Assembly (NCBI GenBank): GCA_947588995.1
Contig: CANPZI010000003.1
Span: 128,180-192,179 of the forward strand
Length of the DNA: 64,000 nucleotides
Source of the DNA: an uncultured Lachnospiraceae bacterium
GTDB lineage: Bacteria > Bacillota > Clostridia > Lachnospirales > Lachnospiraceae
Direction of reading: 5' to 3'
Each line of letters opens with the position of its first letter. Within the stretch, counting starts at the first letter, position 1. The notes below the pieces were generated by a model. It was given only the letters and a program-made list of their open reading frames with translations. It was not told where the DNA came from and did not search any database. This document shows, in pieces, positions 56,796 through 64,000 of the stretch. The translations under genes and the position numbers were made by a program.

Positions 56796-56856
56796 CCTGG
56801 AGATCGAGAGATTTCTCCCTGCCGTCCCCTCTGCCTCCCACAGGCAGCCGCCGGGC

Positions 56857-58945
56857 CTACGCATTCCGACTGAACAGTATCTGCTTCGTCGTCTCCGGCA
56901 CGAGATCATCCAGCGGCGAAAAGTCACTTGTCTCCAGACATTCTCTCACCGTCGTCGCGCTGATATAGTTTCCGTTTACTTTCTTTCGCGGCACTTCCAC
57001 GATAGCAATGCCGTGCGCCGGCAGAATACGCTTCATCGCGGCGTTATACTCGTTTGTCACGCTATCCTCCGGCTCCTCGCCGACAAACCGGCTGGTGATG
57101 TGCAGCGCCGGGGCGATCCGCTCCGCAAAAAGCGTGATATCATACTCCACATTGCGCACGATATCCTCGTCTTCGATTTTGAGAAAATACTCTGGAAAAG
57201 TCCGCTGCGACAAAATGAAATCCCCGCTCGGCACGACCCGCACATTCGCAAGATCCGCCACGCCGTCACGCACCATGGCAAAACGCTCCCCGAAACTGAA
57301 CAGAGATTTATCCTCCTCCACCACAAAGACAATGAGATGATCGACCCTCGCGGAGGCATACTCTATCAGATAGCGATGGCCGTAAGTAAACGGGTTGCAG
57401 TTCATCACTATGGCGCCGACTTCCCCGTAATCCGCCGCGGAAAAATCGGGAAAATACTGCCGCAGATAAGCCGTCACAAGGAAATTGTCGTCCAGCGCAA
57501 CCGCCGTGCGCTCCCCCGGCGGCTCGCGCAGTATGGGGAAGAGTTTCTCATAGATCGCGTCCGCAAATATTTCGTTCGCCCTGTGGTTGCAGTGCATAAT
57601 CGCGTTCACAAACCATGCTGCAGGAGCATCGTGCAACGCTGCGACATCATACAGGTTCACGCACTCCAGTTCGAGATTTCCTGCATCTGGCTCTGGCAGA
57701 TGCAGGACAACGACGTCGCCTGTTTTCAGTTCTGTGTGAGAGATGCGGTTCATCCTCCCCAGCATATTGTCCGGCGCGCCCAGATTAACCACCCTGGTTC
57801 TGCTCCCGCTCTCATTCAGGCGCGCCTGCAGGAAGCTCTCGATCGTATATTTATCTTCTACATAATATCCTGTGATCAGACACGGCCCGAAGCACCAGAC
57901 CGTCCTCTCGTACTCCGCCGGCTGCCCCGCGGTCAGACGTTCTCCGTCATGGACATGATAATAAGTATGTGATGAATCTTTCAGTACATTAAAACCTGCC
58001 GCCGACCTCGCGCCGATCTGACCAAATTGCAGATCTGCGATTTCCTTTCTGTCCGCCTGCTCATATAAATCCCCAAAAAATCCGTCATAGGCGGATTCCG
58101 GCAGTCTGTTCGTCCTGCAATCCTTAAGCTGCTGCCGTAAGGCCCTGCCGTATGCGCTGTCATGATATGAGTCTTCGACAATAAGCATTCGCACGCCCGT
58201 GTTTTGCAGCTTTTTCAGGAATCCGTCAGCCACCGCAGCTCCATAGCGGTTATACATCTTCTCCTTAATCGGCCCTCTTGCAAATCCATTGTATGAGCGC
58301 GTCGCATAATCCTTTTTCCATATCCAGTGATACAGCGTGTCCATCCCGCGGCGCTCATCCTCATCCACGAATAGCAGCCTGTCGGATACATCGAAGTCCC
58401 CGACACAGGCTGCGACGTCCTGCCGCTCCACCGTCTGGTAGGCGACGCCGTGCCGCTCCAGCTGTCTGATCCACCCTGCATATTTTTCCGCTTTCCAGGA
58501 GAAAAGCGCGCACGGTTTTACCAGCACAAGCGGCTCTCTTGGCCAAAACCGCCTGTCCCAGAAATCCGCCCCGTAACGCAGCGCCGGATCGTCCGGCATC
58601 GCGAAATCGTCCCATCTGGCATATTCTCCCAGAAGCACCCCCCCCCTCAACGACAGGGAGCGCATTGATCGTCTCTTTCTCCCGAAAGATCTGTCTGGCT
58701 CTCATATATTCGCCCCGGGAAAGTTGTGTAAACCGTCTGTTGACCGTCACCTCGCGAAGCCCTGCCCCACCGGCTCTCATCACATCGCCCATACTGACAA
58801 TCCCGTACAGCCGCCCCTCTGCCTCACAGTAGATCATGTTTGAAGGGCGTTCCAGCAGAGCTTCGGCAATGCTGTCAAAGGCAAGGTTCTCGACCTCATC
58901 TCCGGTCTCGATGACCGTAAGCTTGTCCCGTTCCGTGTATATCAT
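56857..58945 (-). pseudogene. CBS pair + unknown central domain + CitC-like (citrate lyase ligase C-terminal type) nucleotidyltransferase; reading frame broken at a G9 tract
   Basis: Upstream frame (ATG 58945, AGAGAGGAAAA RBS) reads ...RLYGIVSMGDVMRA...ETINALPVVEGG, then becomes Arg/Gly-rich nonsense. Tracked ORF 56857..58665 continues ...GGVLLGEYARWDD in the -1 frame. The C-terminus carries NCNPFTYGHRYLIEYA (HxGH-type) and PSGDFILSQRTFPEYF. Removing one G fuses both parts into 695 aa. Confidence 0.6.
58638..58646 (-). repeat. G9 homopolymer (C9 on plus strand) at the frameshift point
   Basis: Plus strand reads ...agaagca CCCCCCCCC tcaacg...; counted directly from the sequence. Confidence 0.95.
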
Positions 58946-58967
58946 TAGTTTTCCTCTCTTTCCGCAA

Positions 58968-60332
58968 TCAGTTCTTAAAGCTGTGAATCGGTGCGGGGAT
59001 TCTTCCCCCGCGCGCGATAAAGGCATCGCAGGAGAAACCGTTGACGGGCATGATCGGCGCATAGCCGAGAAGCCCGCCGAACTCGACAGTCTCTCCCACG
59101 CCCTTGCCGATCACAGGGATGAGGCGCACCGCCGTCGTCTTCTGGTTCACCATGCCGATCGCCATCTCGTCCGCAATGATGCCCGATATGGTGGACGCCC
59201 TGGTATCTCCGGGAATCGCGATCATATCAAGTCCCACGGAGCACACGCACGTCATCGCTTCCAGTTTTTCCAGTGTCAGCGCCCCTGCCGTCACCGCGTC
59301 GATCATGCCCTGATCCTCGCTGACGGGAATGAACGCGCCGCTTAGGCCGCCCACATAGGAGGATGCCATGACGCCGCCTTTTTTCACCTGATCGTTGAGA
59401 AGCGCAAGCGCAGCGGTCGTTCCCGGCGCTCCCGCATGCTCCAGCCCGATCTCGCAGAGGATCTCCGCGACGGAGTCTCCCACTGCCGGCGTCGGTGCCA
59501 GCGACAGATCGACGATGCCGAACGGCACATTCATCATCTTGGAGGCCTCTTTCGCGACAAGCTGCCCTACGCGGGTCACTTTGAACGCCGTCTTCTTGAT
59601 CGTCTCGCACAGCACTTCAAAATTTTCTCCGCGCACTTTCTCCAACGCCGTCTTGACCACGCCCGGCCCGCTGACGCCCACATTGATGACCTTATCCGCC
59701 TCTGTCACGCCATGGAAAGCGCCCGCCATGAAAGGATTGTCGTCCGGCGCATTGCAGAACACTACCAGCTTCGCGCAGCCGAGGGAATCCTGATCCGCAG
59801 TGGCCTGTGCCGTCTGCAGGATCATCTCACCCATCAGCTTCACGGCGTCCATGTTAATCCCCGTCCTGGTCGAGCCCAGATTGACGGAACTGCACACACG
59901 CTCTGTGACAGACAGCGCTTGCGGAATAGAGCGGATCAGCATCTCATCCGCCGCCGTCATGCCTTTTGACACCAGGGCGGAATAGCCGCCGATAAAATTG
60001 ACGCCCACCTCATGGGCCGCCTTGTCGAGAGTCTTCGCAAGGGAGACAAAATCTTCCGGGGACTTACAGGCGGCTCCGCCCACCAGGGCGATGGGCGTCA
60101 CGGAGATCCGCTTGTTGACGACAGGGATGCCGTACTCGGCGGAGATGTACTCTCCCGTCGCCACCAGATCTTTTGCCGCCTCGTAGATTTTCTGGTAGAT
60201 CTTCTCATTGAGAAGCTTCAGATCCGCGTCGATGCAGTCCAACAGACTGATCCCCAGCGTGATCGTACGCACATCCAGATTCTCTTTCTCTATCATTTCA
60301 TTAGTTTCTGCCACTTCAAATATATTGATCAT
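58968..60332 (-). CDS. UPF0210 (DUF711, PFL-like) family protein
   Basis: Starts [33 protein letters not shown]. 454 aa. GGAAGGAAC RBS. The longer tracked ORF (to 60692) overlaps the ACT gene and is Arg/Gly/Asp-rich. Confidence 0.8.
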   Translation of the reverse strand: MINIFEVAETNEMIEKENLDVRTITLGISLLDCIDADLKLLNEKIYQKIYEAAKDLVATGEYISAEYGIPVVNKRISVTPIALVGGAACKSPEDFVSLAKTLDKAAHEVGVNFIGGYSALVSKGMTAADEMLIRSIPQALSVTERVCSSVNLGSTRTGINMDAVKLMGEMILQTAQATADQDSLGCAKLVVFCNAPDDNPFMAGAFHGVTEADKVINVGVSGPGVVKTALEKVRGENFEVLCETIKKTAFKVTRVGQLVAKEASKMMNVPFGIVDLSLAPTPAVGDSVAEILCEIGLEHAGAPGTTAALALLNDQVKKGGVMASSYVGGLSGAFIPVSEDQGMIDAVTAGALTLEKLEAMTCVCSVGLDMIAIPGDTRASTISGIIADEMAIGMVNQKTTAVRLIPVIGKGVGETVEFGGLLGYAPIMPVNGFSCDAFIARGGRIPAPIHSFKN

Positions 60333-60376
60333 GATTGCCTTGTTCCTTCCGCGTCGCTTGCTTTTCCTCTGCACCT

Positions 60377-60649
60377 CTATATTCTGTGCATCTGGTCGAA
60401 GATTTCTTCTTTCTGGCACTTGATGATCACACCGATGCTCTTGCCCAGCTCCTCCAGATCTTTCGCCATCTCCCCGAAATCCTTGGCGGTCTGATTGGTA
60501 TCTACGATCATCATCATATTGAAATAATCCTGCACAATAGTCTGCGAGATATCCAGAATGTTGATCCCGTTGTCCGCCAGATAGGTACATACTCTGGCGA
60601 TAATGCCTACCGTGTCTTTGCCGACCACCGTAATGATTGTCTTTTTCAT
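60377..60649 (-). CDS. ACT domain protein (UPF0237)
   Basis: 90 aa. [33 protein letters not shown]. Conserved partner of UPF0210. Confidence 0.85.
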   Translation of the reverse strand: MKKTIITVVGKDTVGIIARVCTYLADNGINILDISQTIVQDYFNMMMIVDTNQTAKDFGEMAKDLEELGKSIGVIIKCQKEEIFDQMHRI

Positions 60650-60739
60650 CTTCTCTCTTCTCCTTATCCATATTTCCGCTTCTGTACCGCATGCCCCTCC
60701 TCCGGCAGCCGCCGCACAGTCAGTCTTTTCCTGTCGTTT

Positions 60740-61540
60740 TCATATCTCCGGCATCTGCGATACCTCGCTGCGCTTCGCCACATACAGCGGAAAATCATCG
60801 CCCCGGTACGGCGTATCCGACATGGTCACTTCCAGCCGCACCGACTCGTAGGCGAGCTCCGGCAGGTTATTCTCCTGGCTCAGATGTCCCAGCATCACCG
60901 CGCGCATCCCGTCGTGCAGAAGCCTGCTCAACAGCTTCCCCGCCGCCTCGTTGGACAGATGCCCCCTGTCTCCGAGGATGCGCTGCTTCAGATAATAGGG
61001 ATAAGAACCCGCCTGCAGCATACGGACGTCATGGTTGGCCTCCAGATAGAGGATATCCAATCCCCGCAGGCATTCCACCGTATAGTCACTGTAGCAGCCC
61101 AGATCGGTAATGACCGCCGCTTTCTGCCCGTCATGACTGATTCGGTATGCCACCGGGTCGGCCGCGTCGTGGGAAGTGCGTATCGGATACAGCGTCATGT
61201 CTTTCACCGTACACTTCTCGTCCTCTTTGACATAGTGAAAAAGTTCCTCGTCGATCTGCCCCAGCGTGTGCGTCTGCCTGATCGCCGCGATCGTCCCTCT
61301 CGTAGCGTAGATCGGCAGCGCATATTTTCTGGCGATCACGCCGAGGCCTCCTATATGATCCGCGTGTTCATGAGTGATAAAAATACCGTCGATCTCCGAC
61401 AATCTGATGCCCAGTTCGGCAGCGCCCGCCTCGACCCGCTTACAGCTGATCCCCACATCGATCAGAAGATGCGTCGCGTCGGAGCCCACATAGACGCAGT
61501 TCCCGCTGCTGCCGCTGGCTATACTGCATAGTCTCATCAT
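60740..61540 (-). CDS. MBL-fold metallo-hydrolase
   Basis: ITHEHADHIGG metal motif, SSGNCVYV N-terminus, 266 aa. Confidence 0.85.
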   Translation of the reverse strand: MMRLCSIASGSSGNCVYVGSDATHLLIDVGISCKRVEAGAAELGIRLSEIDGIFITHEHADHIGGLGVIARKYALPIYATRGTIAAIRQTHTLGQIDEELFHYVKEDEKCTVKDMTLYPIRTSHDAADPVAYRISHDGQKAAVITDLGCYSDYTVECLRGLDILYLEANHDVRMLQAGSYPYYLKQRILGDRGHLSNEAAGKLLSRLLHDGMRAVMLGHLSQENNLPELAYESVRLEVTMSDTPYRGDDFPLYVAKRSEVSQMPEI

Positions 61541-61582
61541 CCGTTTTCTTTTCTTTCCGTATCGTTCAGGTATGGCAGTCTG

Positions 61583-63949
61583 TCAGTGCTTCCAGTAGAT
61601 CTCGATCTGCGCGCCGCCGTAGATTTTCTCCATATACTGTGCGTCCCTGCCGTTCAGCTTCGTGACGATCCCGCTGCCCTGCGGCTTGGAGAGATCGAAG
61701 TCGATATAGGCAAACACATCCACAAACACATACTCTTTCTTGCCCGACATCTGAATCTGCTGCCCGTTCACCGTCACCGTGATGCTGTCGCCTGTCTGCG
61801 CGGGCACAGCGTCCGCCGGCTGCACGCCCTGCGGCTCCTCCGCCGCGCCAGGCGCTGTATCCTGCAAGGCTTCTCCGCTTTCCGGGCCCTGTGCATTCGT
61901 TCCGGCGCTTCCCTCCGGCTGCACGCCTGATCCGGTTTCTCCCTCCACGCTCTCCCGCGTCTGAGCGTCCGCGGAATTGCCCTGCACGCTGCCGCTGTCC
62001 GGAAGCGTCTGCCTGTCGGCAGTTTCCGCTGTCCCGGAAGCGTCTGCGGACATCGGCGCCGCTGCCGCCTGTTCCTCAGGCCTGTTCTCCGGCTGCGGCT
62101 CACGCTTTACATAGCTGCCGTCGTCCTCCGGCAGATCGGCGAAAGAATCCGCCACACCGTTCTCGTACTTGTCGCGGTCGGACAGCTGCAGCGTCTCCAT
62201 CGTCCAGATCACCGAGAAGTTCTCGTACACTTTCGTATCCATATCCGCCAGCTTGTTGTTCACATAGATGTTCATCTCCTGATTGATGATGACATCCATA
62301 AATTCCGCGATCTGACGCACGGTATAATAACCCAGGATCTCGATGGAGTCATTCTCCCTGATGCTGTAATACCCCGACTGCAGTTCGCCGTTCACGCTGG
62401 CAAATTTCGGCAGGTCAATCTTCTTGTCGTTGACCTCCACGCGCATGGTTGCGCCGTACTCCGGCAGCTGATTGATATCCAGCTGCGCCGCCTCCCCCGC
62501 TGTGGATTCCCTGACTCTGATCTGATCGTTGGCATGGATGAGGGTATAGATATCCGCCTCATTGCCGTTGACGGTGATCACCGCCGCCTCTCCGAGCGCG
62601 CCTCTGGTGATGCGCGGCTTGCCGTTGACCACATAGTTGAGTTCCCTGCCCCGCTTCGGGAAAAGCCCGTCGTTCGGAAACTCCGCCTGCATGGCCGCGT
62701 CCACCACCGCCACCTTATTGTTGTCGTAAATTTTGATTCTCTGCTCATTGAAATAGACAAAGATGAAGTTGTTGCTCTGCTCATAGAAACTCAGGCAGAT
62801 ACCGATGGGTGTCACCATCAGGGAATCCCGCTTCGCATCCGCCTCCAGAAACTCTATGTTCTGCATCACTTCCTCGCCGCGCACCGCAACTCTCTCTCTC
62901 TGAATACCGAGTTTGTCTGCCAGAGCCTCGGTGTAGCCCGGCAGCATACCGCCGCCGCCCACCACAAAGACAGCGCTGACGGACTTGCCGCCGTTTAACT
63001 CTCTGATCTTGTCGGCCACCCGGCCGGTCATGTCGGCGATGACATCCGCCGTCACTTCCGCGACCTCGTCTGCCGTGATGGTCTGTGACAATCCCATGAT
63101 ATCCTTGTACTCTATCCGCTCTCTGACGCCCGTCTCCCGCTTGATGTGCTCCGCCGTCGCAAAGTCCACCAGACAGTGTTTGGCCACCACTTCCGTCAGA
63201 CTGTCTCCCGCTATGGGAATCATGCCGTAGGCAATGATGCTGCCGTCTTTGGTCACAGAGATATCCGAAGTGCCGGCTCCCACGTCAACCAGCGCAATAT
63301 TCAGCATACGGTACATCTGCGGTATCGCCACCTGAATCGCGGCGATCGGCTCCAGCGTCAGATTCACGACCTCTAAGCCCGCGGCTCCCACGGCCTTGTA
63401 TAAACCGTCCACGACGTCCTCCGGCAGGAACGTCGCAATCAGATCTTCCCCGATGGTCCTGGCCTTATGTCCCTCCAGATTTCCCATCTGATAACCGTTC
63501 ATGTAATAGCGCACCACAGAGTAGCCGACACAGTAGAAACGGATATCGGTATCGTTGTCTTCCAGAAACGCCTCGTAGGCTTTCTCCACACCCATGGAAT
63601 CCAGCGCGTAGATGTCCTCGCCGTTTACTTCCCTGTCGCCCGAAAGCTCCGTGTCCACTCTGACCGTCACGGTGCGCAGGACGCGCCCGGCAGCGGCGAT
63701 GCAGACGTCCTTAAGCGGCCTGCCGATGCGCTCTTCCAGCTCGCTCTTCACCTCGCTTATCGTCTCGCCGACCTTATAGATATCGTGGATCTGTCCGTCC
63801 AGCATGGAGCGGGTCGTGTGTTCTCTGATGCTCTGCGTGACCACATAAAATTTCTCACCGACACGGTAGCCCACCGTGCCGACGATGCTCCTCGTCCCGA
63901 TATCCAGACCGAACACCAACTGTCCCGGAAATTTTATTGCTTCTGACAC
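61583..63949 (-). CDS. FtsA/PilM-like actin-fold ATPase with long repeat-containing C-terminal extension
   Basis: N-terminal 400 aa has the phosphate-1 (FGLDIGTRSIVG), phosphate-2 (VDVGAGTSDISV) and adenosine (VVGGGGMLPG) motifs. The C-terminal about 390 aa has repeated VxVNG modules and a Pro/Glu/Ala/Gly-rich linker. Confidence 0.75.
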   Translation of the reverse strand: MSEAIKFPGQLVFGLDIGTRSIVGTVGYRVGEKFYVVTQSIREHTTRSMLDGQIHDIYKVGETISEVKSELEERIGRPLKDVCIAAAGRVLRTVTVRVDTELSGDREVNGEDIYALDSMGVEKAYEAFLEDNDTDIRFYCVGYSVVRYYMNGYQMGNLEGHKARTIGEDLIATFLPEDVVDGLYKAVGAAGLEVVNLTLEPIAAIQVAIPQMYRMLNIALVDVGAGTSDISVTKDGSIIAYGMIPIAGDSLTEVVAKHCLVDFATAEHIKRETGVRERIEYKDIMGLSQTITADEVAEVTADVIADMTGRVADKIRELNGGKSVSAVFVVGGGGMLPGYTEALADKLGIQRERVAVRGEEVMQNIEFLEADAKRDSLMVTPIGICLSFYEQSNNFIFVYFNEQRIKIYDNNKVAVVDAAMQAEFPNDGLFPKRGRELNYVVNGKPRITRGALGEAAVITVNGNEADIYTLIHANDQIRVRESTAGEAAQLDINQLPEYGATMRVEVNDKKIDLPKFASVNGELQSGYYSIRENDSIEILGYYTVRQIAEFMDVIINQEMNIYVNNKLADMDTKVYENFSVIWTMETLQLSDRDKYENGVADSFADLPEDDGSYVKREPQPENRPEEQAAAAPMSADASGTAETADRQTLPDSGSVQGNSADAQTRESVEGETGSGVQPEGSAGTNAQGPESGEALQDTAPGAAEEPQGVQPADAVPAQTGDSITVTVNGQQIQMSGKKEYVFVDVFAYIDFDLSKPQGSGIVTKLNGRDAQYMEKIYGGAQIEIYWKH

Positions 63950-64000
63950 AATTCTGCCCCCAATTTCTCATCGATCTGCCTGTAGGTATCCGCAAGCAGC

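Noticed and set aside
58361-58636. The 3' portion of ORF 58361..59062 after the G9 tract.
   Set aside because: Its composition collapses to Arg/Gly/Ala-rich sequence immediately after the homopolymer. The alternative frame continues the CBS motif, so I interpret this as out-of-frame read-through.
1-64000. Scan of the whole window for CRISPR arrays, rRNA/tRNA genes, IS elements, integrases and prophage structural genes.
   Set aside because: All intergenic gaps are at most about 230 nt and none shows cloverleaf-like or repeat-spacer structure. No transposase, integrase or phage motifs were recognised in any ORF. This scan was done by eye only.

Overview
Chromosomal core segment of a fairly GC-rich Firmicute of class Clostridia; the exact taxon cannot be told from the sequence. 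About 60 protein genes are present and almost all lie on the minus strand. Most of the window is conserved housekeeping synteny. One block runs yraN, ylqH, ylqG-like, rnhB, lepB, rbgA, lepB, rplS, trmD, rimM, KH protein, rpsP, ffh, ylxM. Another runs leuS, trkA/trkH, yqeG. A third runs ilvA, ftsY, smc, rnc, acpP, plsX, rpmF, yceD, pta. The rest includes tmcAL, plsC, cls, a GH13 amylase, feoB, an ECF transporter and an ACT/UPF0210 pair. I found no rRNA, tRNA, CRISPR array, transposase or integrase. The accessory-looking stretch is about 24.3-32.3 kb. Its centrepiece is a tightly packed four-gene minus-strand operon at 28209..32270: Ser/Thr kinase, cytoplasmic BspA-type LRR protein, vWA (TerY-like) protein, PP2C phosphatase. 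This matches a TerY-phosphorylation-triad (TerY-P) defence-like module with an extra LRR gene inserted, and it is the best candidate for an undescribed system variant. Other points worth a second look: (1) a tandemly duplicated Cys/Asn/Gly-rich 78-aa mini-protein with two unknown downstream ORFs (17.8-19.1 kb); (2) a CBS plus unknown domain plus CitC-like ligase gene split by a G9 homopolymer frameshift (about 58.64 kb); (3) a DUF1905-like/papain-like peptidase fusion next to a GH25 muramidase whose stop overlaps an AraC regulator start; (4) a FliK-like/FlhB-C-like pair in a non-flagellar context; (5) a sortase B with a long cytoplasmic extension; (6) an FtsA-like ATPase with repeated beta-grasp-like C-terminal modules. 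All functional calls rest on motif recognition in the supplied translations; no database search was possible.
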